Program-made: the position numbers and the translations under genes | From: Haplodiscus bocki | Taxonomy: Eukaryota | Direction: 5' to 3' | DNA length: 64,000 nt | NCBI GenBank assembly: GCA_965655095.1 | Contig: OZ296652.1 | Span: 83,762,001-83,826,000 of the forward strand | Part shown: piece after piece, positions 1 to 14,800 of the stretch | Layout of the letters: every line of letters begins with the position of its first letter | Position numbering within the stretch: position 1 is the stretch's first letter | The notes under the pieces: model-generated | Database searches by the model: none | Told to the model about the DNA's origin: nothing | The model's input: the letters and a program-made list of their open reading frames with translations, nothing else

Positions 1-50
1 TTGTTCAAAAAAAACTATTTTCTGACAAGAAAAAGACATTTTTAGGGAAG

Positions 51-962
51 AACCAATATTTCAATTGATTTTGCAAGTAACAATTGTGAATCAGCTGATA
101 ATAGGTTATTATGGGTGATAGTTAGGAACCAGAAATGAACAAATTTTCATTGAAAGTGATTGATATTTAAGTCAGCAAAACCAGTCTGAAAAAAAGAGAA
201 ACGACACTAGCCATTGAATATTTTTCCTTTTCATATAAAATATGGAGGCGGAAATAAAAAAATGTAAAATTGCAGCTTTCATATCGGGGTTTGAGGAAGC
301 ATTTTTACTATTGGCGACTATCAGTAAAATATGCCACATTTATCTGATCAATATACAAGCGGCGCTGTGACTGGCCGTCCTCAACTTACTTATTCATAAT
401 ATGAAAAACTTCTGAATTCGTCCAATTTTTTAACAAAAACAGAAATCTACAAAAATTTGAAATTTCATGGAGCGCCTTAGTTGAAAGTGCATGTCAGTTT
501 TGTAAGATTTTACATGTTACTAAACACGTTTTGAATGATTTTAGTTGATTCAAATTAAACTTTTCATGCCACAATCATGTCTGCTGCTGTGATACAATTA
601 AAGTTTCCTCAAAAAAATTTTATAAGATGAGGTGGGGTTTTGAAGGATGCTTTCAAAATTTTGCAGAGGGAAAACAAACAAGACGCCTGCCAGACTCCGG
701 GATTTTTTCAGCATTACAAATTAAGGAAGAACGTTAGACGAAATTTTATCGACAGTAACCAAAATTATCAACTGATTTGCGAATAACAATTGTGAATCAG
801 CTGATAATAGCTTACTATAGATGAATGTAATTAAGAACAGGAGATGAGAAAATTCTAATTAGAAGTTAGAATTCTAAAATGGCAAAACGTGTCTGAAAAA
901 AAGGAGAAAAAAACGACCGTAGCCATTGAATAATTTTCGTTTCCATATAAATTTGGAGGCAA
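51..962 (+). repeat. Diverged ~200-bp direct repeat pair (51..253 and 757..962)
   Basis: Shared TAACAATTGTGAATCAGCTGATAATAG, GTCTGAAAAAA, TAGCCATTGAATA and TGGAGGC. Confidence 0.8.
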
Positions 963-3900
963 AAAATTTTGAATTTTTGGAAGTTTTTGAAAACAGCTCA
1001 GTTAATTTTACATGTGACAGACAATTTTACATTTTTTGCCGCGCATTACAATAGAAACAACACAGAGTAAGTTTACTAGTACCCACGCCCACTCATCAGT
1101 TAGCAAACAATAGCTGAACGGTCAAAGCGTCAACAAGAGAACAAACATTAGCAACTGTGAAGTAGTAGTCAATGAGTCAAAAGAAGCAAAAAATTTTTTA
1201 AAACTTCTTTCTTTTACTTGAAAACCTAAACAGACTTTTGCTGCAGCAGAAAAAACATTCAAAATAAATGTATGCTAGAAGTCTGAATTGTCTATGTTTC
1301 ATAATCTATTTGCCTGCGCACAATAATGCACCATAAAAAAATCATGCAAATTCAACTAAAGTGGTGGTGCTAATTGTGCTAAGGATTAGAAAATATTTCA
1401 TGGGTATGGCAAAACTAAAAACTCCTATTATTCAACTTGAACAAAAAAAAACAGAAAACAAAAGCTAAAAGTGTTCCTGCTATTCTCTCTTAATTTTGTG
1501 CTGGACCCATGGACTGAAGCGCTCTAAGTTTTGTAGCTTTTTTTCAATTTTAGAAGTATACTTGGTAGCCAAACGGTTGTGCATGAAGGCTTCTTAAATA
1601 GCAGCTGTAACCAACAATCATAAGCCCGGGTGAACCTGACATGCAAGTCATACTCTGCACCATAACCTGCCATACAAAAAAACAGCTTATGATAATACCA
1701 TAAGTTTCCTGTTTTTTTTAGTGTTCATAGTAAGGAAAATCTGTCAGTCATAAACATTTTTAGCCAGTTAATGACTTTAATGTTATTTTGTATGGTCATC
1801 CAATGGTTTTTATGTTTTTCTTGAATTTTTGTTTCGACAAACAATTTCCAATTTCTTATTGACATAGTTCCGAGTAATTCAAAGGTCTTGAAATCTTCAA
1901 GACCCAAGGAGAAAGCCCTTGAGCAGCTTCCGGTGTTTAATTTCCCGCGTTGATGCTAGGAAAGAACTACTTATACCTTTGTCGTAGTTTCTCCAACTCT
2001 ACATCACTTTAGACTATATTTTTCGGAAATGGGATTTCACTAGATCTCTTTTTTAATTCTAGGCAACCAAAAATGAACGTAGATGGCATTTATTATGTTC
2101 CCCAATCATATTAGTGCCAGAAGTTTTGAACTTCACACTTTAATGTAATGGATTCTATGAGTTTTTTAACTCAAATTTTTGTTCACTAGAATACGTTATC
2201 ATAATCTGATAAAATTCGCGCATGGTTTTTCATATTATAGTTATACTATGGTACAGTGTATAACTTGCATGGAATCATAGTATAGTATGGTCTTTTTATA
2301 ACTTGCATGTTACCATAAACTTCTATGGTACTTTCTATGACTTTAATGTTTTCATGGATCACCATATATGACTTTCTATGATTTTCATGTTTTTTGTATG
2401 GTGGTAAACCCGGAAGAATACATTACAGTTTCTAACGCCGAAAAAAAACAGTGACTGATTGTCGGGTAACGATAATAATGTAGTTCAAAATTCGGAAACC
2501 CTGTAGTACAATAGCTCGGATTCGCGTCAGTCACAATTCTTGATCTCTTTCAAAATTTGCACTGAATGAGAGTTTAAATATGTTTAGCCAGGATTTTGGG
2601 ATATAAGATGAAAATAATTTTATGGATCTGTGTTTTTAATGGAAATAACAATTCAAGCTAATGGACAGCACATGTTTTAGACATTTTTTCTTTCAAAATA
2701 CGCCTTCTTCCCAAATTATTGTTCTAGTAATTTATTTATGGGCAGGATCCTTCTAGAGATCGATGTTTCACAAAATTCAAAGTCATGCTCCTCCCTTCGC
2801 GTTTCCAAATCAATAAATGGAGCAATTTCTCAGTTGCTGCTCGTTTGTCCTATCTGTGTCATCTATAAGCGACTCCCCCCCCCCCCCCCCCGACCACATA
2901 TGAAAATATACTATGTATTCCTTTTACGCAAAATTAAATCAAAGACACGTCAAGAGAGGAAGACTTCATATTTTTCAAAAATGATTATTTGAGCTTATTA
3001 TGGGGCAGAAAAACAAAAGCTTGCCAAAATGAATCAAAATACTCTAATAGGCTGAATAGATGCAGATTAATGTTTTTTTCTTGTTTTTTTTTTCAAGAAA
3101 ACGGTCATCGTGCATTTCCTCCGAATTTCGTTCAGGTTAGAAATAGATGAATTTTAAATATCGAACTTTATTGCGAAAGAAAAATTAAATCCTCAAAAAG
3201 CGCTGTCGCTCAGATTGTTCAATTTTCAGCCTTGAAATTTTTCCCAACAAAATTGCACATGATTAATTGATCTATACCAAAAAAAATACAGTTTTAGAAA
3301 GGCGTGACAGAGACATCTAACTGTAATATGTTCTTCGGTCTTTTTTTGTTTTATCGACTGTCAATCTTGGAAAAGCCGGTAAGTGAAGGTCCTTCTATTT
3401 GAATAATGAAATTAGGTATGAAGACTAGACTCTAATCTCATCTTCGCTTCAGTCCTTCATTCACACTGCATCCATTTTGCTCAGTGTCAATGGATTCTCC
3501 GGCAAAATGAGGCATCTCCAGAGAATTGGAAATTTCCAAAAGTGGAAAATGTTACGTCATGTCTTTCAGCCTTGCAATTTTTTCTAACTTAACATTTCAT
3601 AGATTAAAAGCCTTACTTTAACCCCCTTCTATTCAATCAATCTGCTAAAAGCGAATTTTTTTTAATCAAAAGAAGAATAAATTTATCACATGTCGGAGAA
3701 GCCTCGGGCAAACTTATCCTTGTTATCAACTCCTCTAACCTTTCACCTTTTTAATTCCCTTTTCTAATAACGACCACTAACTATTACTGACTATCCACTT
3801 CCCGCCAGTTCCACTGCCGCCGTAGAAACAGCCTCCACCCTTAGTCGCGTCGCTAGAAAGAGATTTCACTTAAATTTTTATATCAAGCCCTCAATTACAC

Positions 3901-5788
3901 TGGACTCTCGGTAATTGTACTAACTAGGTGTACTTTCTTAACATCGCTCACCAGCAGCGCGTATTATCTTGAACAAAAACGACTCGCCTGGCACACATAC
4001 TGATAAAATGGATGATTCTTGGCTCTTGTGTAATACCACGCGACCTAGTTATTTACCGCGATCGATATTTAACGCTTGTCTTTGATTGTCCAGAAAATGC
4101 CCCAAAATTTTGCATATAGCAAAATTCATTGAGTGGAATGCGAATTCAAAATATTCATCAGTTATCAAGGCTGAACGCTTGCTCAAAGTATATTTAGTCA
4201 GCGCTTTTTAGAAGAAAATCCGTACAGCTATTACAGAGGATTTTTTGAGTCCTCTGAAATTGTCAAAATTTTGAAACTAAAATTTTACAAATTAACCTCT
4301 ATGAAGCTTCAGTGGGTAACTAGAGGAGCAACTAAAGAAGAGCGCTAAAATGACACACAGTTTAAAAATGTTCCTGATAACTCGCTTTGCTTGAATCGAA
4401 AATTTTTCCAAAGGTGTGAATCGAATAAGTCAATGAAACTTGGACATAGCCTGGACAGGTTTTCTCGGAGAAAATATATGAACATTTCTGTTCATTTCTT
4501 TTGATTTAATGACTTTTTCGTTTAGAAAAACAACAACCAAGTGAAAGTAAACGACTCTTGTCCTGTTTTTCCCCACCCACACAATTTTGTTTCAAATTTT
4601 GAATGTAATTATCTTTATAATGGATTATTCTTGGCCGTATCATTCAACAGTTCTTCAAAAATATGAAAAAACCTTCACAAGTTTTGGGATTATCTATTTG
4701 AAATTCAATTAATTTGAATGAAGACTCGGCAATGTGTGTGTGAGTGGGGGAGGAAAAGATTCCAAACGAAAGTGTGCCCTAAGCGGCCCATCAACTGTGA
4801 GCTGCTGTCAGCGTTTTGTTCTTTCCGCCTTGTTCAAAAGCATAGCGAACTAAAAATGTGCTTCATTTTTGGAGTTTTGAGGGAAAGGGAAAGCCTTGTA
4901 ATGAATAATAATATATAATTGGCAAAGATATCATTATTTATTCCAATTTGAATGTATCTTACTTGAAAAATACTCTTTCGAGTGCTCATGCAAAAAATTA
5001 AATAACTAGCAGAATTTCTATCTAAGAGAGAAGTTTTTATGAACATCGAATGCCTGCAGACATTGAGCACTGTGGAATTCATACATTTCTACTGAATTTT
5101 CCCTATAATTTGACATGCATTGGCAACAGATACTTGTAAGAAAAGCAACAGTTTGCCAGATAAGTTTTTCGATTCCATAATTTTTCGAAATTTCGTTTTT
5201 AAGCCCGTTACCAATTGCCCGGCTTTTGTAGTCACACGTCAACGGATGTATATGGTTACACAAATATCCAAAAATAGAGTTTATCAACATTGACAAAGCC
5301 GGATCTGGGCTTCAAGGTTACTTCCATTTTTGGAAAAAAGCATCATTTATGGAGCTGGTGATCTATCATTTTTTTATTCTTGGTAGCTTCTTTTGAAATG
5401 TGACAAAGCAGAAAAGCCGAATGAATCTGATTTGACTTTCAGTCAAAGTTGCAAAATGACAGCTTCGGAACTGGGAAATAATTCACAATTCTTGCATGTG
5501 AATTCACAAGATATTCCTCAAATTGCCTTCAAACACAACTTGCGTAGCGTTCGTTAAATTATCTTCACATTCGGCTTTGTTCCCAAAGGCATTGTTTTCG
5601 CTGAATGATTTTGACAGATCCTCTAAAGAATGTTATTAACATGCCAAGTCCTTGAAGGTCAATAGTTTATTGCTATTTTCACATTAAAGCCCAACCGTTT
5701 AATATCATTTCACTCAGCAAAATTATTCAACCATCATTTCCAACTCCAGAGAAAGCGGAGCGCAAGGGAGAAGATTGAAAGGAACAAA

Positions 5789-5852
5789 ATGAACATTTTA
5801 TTCATCTTGTTTGTTTTACTAACGACCTCAGAAAAGATATCAGCCAAGAACT
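5789..5852 (+). CDS. nAChR-like exon 1 (signal peptide MNILFILFVLLTTSEKISAKN-S)
   Basis: AAAATG start, hydrophobic core, then a consensus GTAAGT donor at 5853 in phase 1, the phase needed by the acceptor at 34321. Confidence 0.65.
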
Positions 5853-8800
5853 GTAAGTATACATTATTCCTTCGCAACACGATGGTAAAAAACTTGCGAA
5901 GCCGGCATGCATCCATCGAAAATAGCCTTAGGGTTGCTACATTTTCTCAACCCTTGAAGAATTGCTGTCTTGAAAACGTCGGTGAAAATAAATATCGAAG
6001 TAAAAAGACTGGCTAAGAACTCAAGGTTTAGAAAAACGAATCTTGAATTCCTTTTGCATTTTTGTAACTTTGTCGTACATACTTCCTTTTTCCATGAGTT
6101 GCGCCGTGTTAAATTGAAATTTCCAGCAACCAATTTGATATTTTGAAAGTTTGAGTTAACTGTATGTTTAAGTTTTATTTATTAGACTTATGAAGTTTAT
6201 AATGTCTCGTTAAAAGGGTTATATGCAGCAAACGGGCGAAAACGTAACTTATTCGGTGTTTTAAGGGCCAAAATTAAGATCCTCAAGCTGTCTATATTTG
6301 CATAGCCATATCGCTATATAGTGCTCTACTAATATCCGCAAAAAAGGTCTTCAACTACATGTAAACCACAACTATAAGGAAAAATATTTCACAAATTTTC
6401 AACAAGGATCTAGCACCTGAAAAGGTTTCAATCTTTTGTCCTACAACCACACCTTTTGCAGAGTTCTCTCGTTACAGAGTATGCTTTATCTATTTGAGGA
6501 AAAACCATTTGATCATGAAAAGTCCCCTTAACCTTACGACGCAAGCTGGAATGTCAATGTTGAATTACATGCAATCCCTTCCTTCATAAAAATGCTTTGC
6601 AGTTCAAAGTTTTGTCACTCTGATGAAATCCCTCGGTGGGTCAAACCAAATCAATGTTTGAAAATACTTTGGAGATCACCTCCAAAATTATTTGGTCGTC
6701 AAAGTTGACAAAATTCCTTGAATGCAACCTCCAGAGTATGATAAAAAATTTCGAATGGCACTTGTGGGATTAATTTCGCTCTCTTTTGATAAGTGGGTTC
6801 TTTTTTTCTCAAAAAATATCCGTTTTCAGACGTAAAAGCAACAAATCGGCATTCCTGAAAATGTTTCTCAAAATTGGAAAAACTTTCAAATTTCTCAAAA
6901 GGCCGAAAAAAGTTAAAAGTTTATAAATCTGTTTGGAAATTTAGTTTTAAATGTAAATAATTGAACTTTTGTTTCAGTGTTTTGTTATCTTATCAGTTCT
7001 TTTCAGTACCCTAGTTTCTCCGGGGTCAAAAAATACAAATTTGGTTCGAAAAGTTTTCTGCTGGACTATACCGTTCTGTGATCCCCACCTTGAAAGAATG
7101 AATTGAATTGTTTCACGTCACTTTCATCGAAAAATGAAAAGTTCAATTCCCTCAATCAGATCTCAATTGAAAGCCTCCTACTTGTACAAGAACATTCTTT
7201 CAAAATATCCTTGGTTCCGTTTTCCTGCGTTAGCATCCTGATAGACCGGCAACGCGAGAAAAAAGCCATTAGTTTTGAAGAATCAACTCTTTCAAATTTT
7301 TAATCTCCCCAAAATTACTGGCTTGATTTGTTGAACCACGGTCTCAATCGAAAGTTTTCAACTAGTGGCAACCCATTCCGTTGAAAAATCGTCATTTTTG
7401 ATCACCGCATCAGAATCCTGCTAGTGCTATTAATATTGATTTATCTTGTTATTCAAACTCATATTTCTCCGTAACGGCAGGCTTGATTTCTTGCAACAAG
7501 GTCTCAATCGAATTCATTACAGTTGTTCAAGAGGATTCCATTTCAAAACGGTTTTTTTTATCCTTTGATGAGAATGCCGATAGTCCGAGATTCCAAAAAG
7601 TGCTAAAAATTATGGTTTATCTCGATTTTCAAACTCTTATTTCTATGTAACTACAGGCTGGAATTATTTCTCCGAGGTCTAAATGCAATGCTTTATGTTT
7701 GTGACAAACCATCCGATTAAAAATAAACGAGTTTGTTCCTTGCATCATATTCTCCACTATACGATGAATCCAAAAAATGATATCAAGATTGATTTATCTC
7801 AATACTCAAACTCATCCTTCTTCGTACCTAGAGGTTTTATTTCTTCCACCAAAATCTGAATAGAAAATTGAAGTCCCGCAGAGGTAGATTTGTTTGAAAA
7901 ATCATTTGTCTTGATCCTTGCATCAAAAACCTAATAGTCATCAAATTCCAAAATTGACATTGATTTTGATGTATCTCAATGATCAAAGTCATCTTTATTG
8001 ATAACGAATGGTTTGAATTCGTCCATGCACGTCACTACCGAAATTCTGATTTTGCACAAAAAAAATTTGATTGAAAAATCTTTAGTTTCGGTGCTTGCTT
8101 CAAATGTCTTGTAGTCTAAAGTTTCCAAGTGTTGCTATTAATTTCGATTCATCCTGAGGATCAAACATTTCTTATCTTCAGAACTGCAAGCTTAAGTGTT
8201 TTCTTCAAGATCGCATGCGACAATTCTTTTTTGCGGGAGTGTTTATTTGAACAACTACTCCTTTATTTGTTTGTGCTGGAATCTAAATAGTCCGTAAATC
8301 TGATTTTTTAGTGTTTGAGGACTTTTTGATTTATATATTTTTATTTTTTTCCTCGCGTTAGATTTTTGTCAGTTTGAAGACGTCCAACAAATTTTAATAC
8401 TTTTGACGTTTTTTCGGCATTTCACTTCGTATTCTTCAATTTCCGCTGAATTGATTTTTTGTTCCAATATCTAAATCTACAGTATTCTGTTTTTGCTGAC
8501 TATTTGAATGAAAAAAAGACTGATTTTCTTCTTTGCATCGGAATCCTGATGGTCCCGGAATGCCAGGGTGCTAATAATATTGATTGATTTTTTTAATCAA
8601 TCTCATAGTTCTCAATAACTAGAGGCTTGATTACTTCTACCAAAGTCACTATCAGAAATATGCTTTTTTTGACGAGTATTGGGTTTGAAAGCTATCATTT
8701 CAGATGGTGTATAGAACTCATGATAGTGTATTGAACTTCCAAGAACGTCTTCAATATGGACCCTTTTTGATTTTCAAGCTTGGGTTCCTCGAAAACATAT

Positions 8801-11800
8801 GACTTCATTCCATCTTTCAAGATCGCAATCTGAAACTGTTTAATTGTGTTGGAATTTTAAAAATCCTCCATTTTCTTCTGTGCAGTGGATTCGTGATGTA
8901 ACAAAAACCCCAGAATGTGCTCTCAATCTTCACATGCCTCGTTATATATATTCATATTTCTTTAGCTCTATCTGCTTTTTTCTCTGTGAAGGTATCAATA
9001 GATCAATCGATAGCTTTATACTTAAGGTGACTATTTGTTCCTAAAAATCATAAATTTTGTTTTCTACATAAGGATTGGATTCTTGGATGGCTAAAAGTGA
9101 GAAGACTACTATAAGTTAAGACATATCTCGATATTCCAACTCATTTTCATCAAATGTTACGGCTTTGATTTATTTAGTCAAGATCTGATATGACAGTGTT
9201 ATACTTTTAGATGACTCTTAGGATAAACAGTCTCTTTTTTATCCTTATATTAGAGTCTGGTTGGCCCAAAAATGCAATGACATCCGTTTAATATACCTTT
9301 TTTGTCGGTTATTTAACTCATAATTCTCCAAAGTTACCGGCTTGAATTCTTCCAACAAGTTGTCCGTCGAGTGCCGAGTTTTTTTGTCAATGACAGAATT
9401 CATGGTAAAAGTGATTTGCTGCATGTGCGATAAGTCATTTTTTCAAGCCATTGACAATAAATATCGCAGTGCGACTGCGCCACTTGTTTTATTTTCCGTC
9501 AAAAAATTTTTGACCGTAAAATATTCAATTGGGTAGTGGAATTCTTCCCCTTTTTCTCAAATTGCCCATTACACCCGGACTTCATGCTGCAGAGTCTTTG
9601 GTGGCTTTTTACTGTACATCTGTGCGGTGGCACTGCAGTTAGGTAGCCAACCTCCAGCTAGTTCAAACCCTACCTCCGGCCATATTTTTTACATGTTCTC
9701 GTTAACGCTTCCTTACTTTTTCATAGCAAAAAAATGGTTTTTTTGACTGGATTAAGTAACAGGAAACTCGAGAAAACGTTTGGACTATTGATGTTTCGTT
9801 GTTGAAATTGTTGAAAATATGATTTTCGAACTAGGCACAATAGTGGTGAATCAGCGGCTTTAACTATCTACTGAAAAAAATGCTGCGCGAATGGTGGCAA
9901 AAACTCGGAGAAAAAACTCTTTTGAGATTTCGAGCCTAACAGGCAGCATGGAGTCTGGCTATTCTTGGCTTGCCTGTTACACATTGGCCACGGAAAAATT
10001 GCAGTTCCACCGCGCCTCTTGTTTGATCTACGCATGTTGTAGAATCACCAATGACAACATGCGGGAGTTGTTCATTTCCGCGAAGACAGTTTCGCTTCAT
10101 TAAACGTGTTGCCTGCCTCAGATCTCAATATGTCTCCCATCCGAATATAGAAAACATGACTTTTCATGCTAATCGATAAACGTCTGAACCATTGAAAGCT
10201 GGTTGTACATCAGCATGTGAAAACGAAATTCGAAAAATTCCTGGTGGTGGTGTTCTTGGCAGTATAGTGGCGTTAGCGACGTAATTAAAACTCAATCTGA
10301 GAACCGACATTTTTAAGACGAGCAAAAAATTGAAGAAAAGAGAATCAAACGCACAGGTTATCTAACAAACAGGAAATAGTTTCAACAATTTTTCTAGCAA
10401 ATCAAACGAATCTTCTCCATGCGCTAAAATTTTCAGTTCAGTTCGTATACTTTTTTCGCCCCAGTTTTACCATTTCCGGTTGCGTACTGTGTCAACTCGG
10501 AATTACTTGCTCAGAAAATCTTTCACTTACGCTCATCCACGTCCTAGCGGACTTCAGTAGCGTAGTGATATTCGCTATAGATTATCTTGTACTCTGGCTT
10601 ATATTTTAAATTTTATCCTGAACCAGTGGCTTGCTTCCTTCTTTCAAGCACACAAGCAGCAGTTTGTTTTTTGTAGAAAGTTGTTTGTGTGGTTCCTCAC
10701 ATGAGACATATGTTGGACCAAAAATGACAAAAAGTTAACTCAGTCGTGATTTCTTTCAGTATTCAAACTCACTTTTAATCTAAACAACCGGCTTGATTTC
10801 ATCGATCAGATTCTCAATCGACAGCTTGCTACCTATAGATGGCTTTTCAATAAAAATAGCGACAATTTCAGTTTTCAGTGTTGAATTTTCGATCAATCAC
10901 ATTTGCGCCACAGTGGGGCAAAAATTTTCCAGTGCCGCTGCGCATCTTGTTACCATGCGTGGTTATTTATAACCTGAGGACAACCTCCAGTTCGGTATGT
11001 AGACACTTTTCGCTGTGCTTTTGCCAACTCAATGTCACTTTTCTCAGTCGAGTTATTTCTCGCTCAAGTTTAGCATATTCCCACCTGATTTCTTCAGTGT
11101 AGTGATTAATCGCAGAAAAAGATGTTTGTAGAACAACGTTCCGGGTATCAAACCATATACCACTAAAATTTTGATTGAAAAAACAAAGTGTAAGAGGCAA
11201 AAGTAAAAAAAGGTAAAAAAATAACTGTAACTAAACTTATGAAAGAAAGATTTTGACTGCACAGAAACCACTGGCTAGATAGTTTCAATCAAAAATATTT
11301 TTCAAAATAATTTTTTATTGCAGATTATTGATGACTTGAAAAAAAATCGAAAGTTATATTCCTTGAATTGGGTTACTTACAAGTCTAAGATGCAAAAAAC
11401 GAAAAAATTGATGTTTTTTCTGCGAAGTATATACTATTGTTCTCCCAGCAGCCTTGTTTAGATTTTTCCGTCAAAATTTCAACTGAGAACACTGTAGTTC
11501 CAGAAAGTTTTTGATAACTGTACTTTTCTTTTGGTTCGTTGGATTCGGAAACTGACAAAATGAAAGTACAAAAAAATGAGAATGGTAAAGTTTTTCCATG
11601 AAATTGGAAATAGTTTTCCGCCAAAGGTACCCTCGCATCTTCTCAACGGAAGCCTTACTCGCTAAACATTTACTTCACAGTTCTGTGCGAATAAACGGAA
11701 AAAGTATCAACGGTTTAGCTCCAGTCATCAGTACTTTTACAGGTGATAACACTAAACGTTTTTTACTACTAATCTTCATCGACACTCAAAATCGTACTTC

Positions 11801-14800
11801 TCGGAAACTAGCAGCTTGCTTTCATCCATCAAGACGTCAGTCGAGAAATTCTCTACTCTGAGGAAATCATTCAGTTACTTTGTATTCATCTACTACTTGC
11901 ATCCAAGAGCTGTTCCAGATTTTGCAAAAAAATCTTGAAGTTGTGGCACCTGTTGACAACCATTTTTTTGGTCAGAAATACAGTCCAATTTCTTTCCTTC
12001 GATGTCTCAATTGTTAACCTCTGACTTGATAAAGTTCTTCAAGAGTCAAGTCAACGTTATTCTTCTTGAAATCACAATTTTGAGCGCTTGCAAAAGCGAA
12101 GTTTTCAAAAATCTTTTTATTTTTCATCGACAATCAAATTCTCTAAACCACCAAGTGGAGTTTCGTCTATCAGGAAATCAATCAGCAGCATTTTCACTGT
12201 GCCAGGTTATTCGATAATATTATTTTGTTTTGTTTTCTCTGAATCCGATAACTGATAGACTGAACATGACCAAAGATGCTATTAGTTTTTGGAAAAATCG
12301 TTTTTCAGAGTCAAGTTCCTTAAGAGTACTGGCTTGATTTGTTCCCTCGATATCTCATTGGCTGATTCTTCAGCTGCAACAAGTTCATGAACAGTTATAT
12401 CATCATTGTAACTCCTCGTATTAGAGTTTTGAGAGATCGCTGAAACCGGAGTTTTAATTTAGGATTAATTTTGATCGATTATTGAAATCATTTTTCCCCA
12501 GAAAATCGGCCTATTGTCTTCCGTCAAGAAGGCAATCGAATTTTTTTTCGTAGAGTGGAACAATTAAAAACTATCTTTTTCCGAGTCATTCTTGTGTTCT
12601 CGACCAAAGAGTTTTGGATTTTCTGACAAACGCAAATAGCAATTGTTTTTCTTGATTTCTGAAACCATGGAGTGATTTCATTCTTTCAAGGTTACCATTG
12701 GTTATTCTTTCCCTACAAGATGTATTCCAGAAAAAAAATCATCAAATTTGTCCCCCAGTCTCTCAAGTCTGATAGGCCCATTTCGGCAAACACTGAGATT
12801 AATGATCGTCTTCCCCAATTTTCGAAGTCATGTGGTTTGAAAACTATCGGCCTGAATTCTTCCATCAATGTCTTTTAAGTCAAATTTTCTTTTGTAGAAT
12901 GGCAGTATTTAGGTACGTTTTTTGATTTGGTTCCTTGTTTCAAGAAGCTGATTGCGTGACAAAGCCGAAACTTGGATTACGTAATAAGTGTTCTCAAACT
13001 TCCCGCTTTTCCAAGATTCTCGCAAGGGACACTTCTCAGTCGACGGTCTTCCCAATATTTTATTTTCGAACTGTTTTCTGGGTCCAATGGAAGGAAGAAC
13101 TGCAATTGGATTTGGTTGACCCGTCTTCAACGTTTAACTTTAGCTGAAGCGCAGGAAGTTATGTCAAAAATATTTGATGATTTTTCGATCAACCATTTTT
13201 GGCCGACAGTAGACAAAAAGTATCGCAGAGCCGCTACCTTTCTTGTTACATTCGGCTTCGACTATTCAAAATCAGATCTCAAAGTAGTGCAGATGCAATT
13301 GCTTTCAGGTGTAACTAGATTTTGAGCAAAAATCGTAGCATGGCGATTTTTGGCAAAAATTTTAACTGTCATGATGTGCTCGCTGTGGTTCAAGAGCAGG
13401 TTACAAGCACATCAAGACACATTGAATAAAGTTTATGTCCGCAATGAGATCACTTTGTGCTCTGGCTTTTAGAATAGATCTTTTTCAAACATATTGGCAA
13501 CATTACCGGCGTCTGATCAATCCGCCGATCGACTTTTTTGACATTTTTGCTTTGGTTTTTGTTTTTTTTCGCATATAATCTTAAAAATGAACCTCTCACA
13601 GCTGAGGGAAATCCCTGGTAACAGAGTGATGATTCTCTCTAGCCACTTATAATTGTTGCGAGACCTACCTTGGTTGGAAGAGTTCACCCAGGCGGTGTTC
13701 TGCAAGTCAGACAATTTTAGCGACAGAGATATGGAGCAAAAACAAGCGAGAATAGAAAGTGTTGTCCAAAAATTTCTGGCAATCGCTGGATAAGTTGAAT
13801 TGGAAAAATAACTAGGTCAAAAAGAAAAAGATTCTCGAAACAATATATAATGGAATATCTGGGCAGGAAATACTTCTGAGAGCAAATTTTGGAGTTTCAC
13901 TTCATAAGTGGGCTCTGCAAATTCTGTGAAAAGGTAATTAATTTTTTACAGAAACTACTGAAAACTTCAGGTGTTGATGGCACAGGCAACGTTGAAGGTG
14001 CAACTCTCGAAGCAGAAGTAATACTTTCAAGTTGTTTGAAACATTGAAACAATCACTCAGACCGGATGCCTTCCAGAAAGACCCGGATCGCACAAACCTT
14101 AATGAGAAAAATTTCATGTACTTCGGCAGATTGACTAAGTTTTCTTCCTGGTAGCCCGGGCTCATCATGCATGGCGTTTTACCACAGTGATTCTGTGATG
14201 AGTCTCTTCCTGCTCTGGATCATTTAGATTACTAGAGTGGTAGGTCGAGAACACCGCTTCGGGACAGGGATCGCCTAAGGAACTATCTCCAGTGGGTTCC
14301 CGATTTTCTGAGCCGCTGTTCCTGGATGTTCCCGGAACAGCTACGGAACAAGTCCGAACTTGTGGGCTCAGAAGAAATTCATCAAGCTTAGGCAAAGCGC
14401 CTAAAATACGTGACTCCGTCCGGCTGAATTCTATGGAAAATTTTTTAGTGACCCTCCCTTCAATTTCTTCAGAAACCTAGGAGATGTACTCTTGAGCCAT
14501 TCCTGGACCAAGTGTATTTTGTGACTGACTTTTCCTTGTATTTTCAGGTGTTTCACTCGAAACTGCCGCTAATTCTCTCTTATTCCTCAAAGTTGCCATG
14601 ATTCTGAGGGAAAAGTTCAGTCAGTTCTGAAGACTGAATTGGGTTTTTATTCTCATAACAAAAGTGAATATCTCCTCTTATTATGAGGGAAAAGTATCAA
14701 CAAGAGCAAACAGTTAATGACTTCAAAAAATGAGTGTGATACCAAAGGCTACAAATTATTTTTAAAAAAATGGTACTTTCGTTTCTTTTTTTTATACCTT

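Noticed and set aside
2160-2410. Periodic (CT)TTCTATG/TATGGTA low-complexity tract
   Set aside because: Degenerate minisatellite with no definable ends or coding signal.
4735-4830. Candidate nAChR promoter (GT/G-rich tract)
   Set aside because: No transcription start evidence; the motifs are too short to support a call.
9620-9685. Possible tRNA gene
   Set aside because: Only A/B-box-like motifs; no cloverleaf can be folded.
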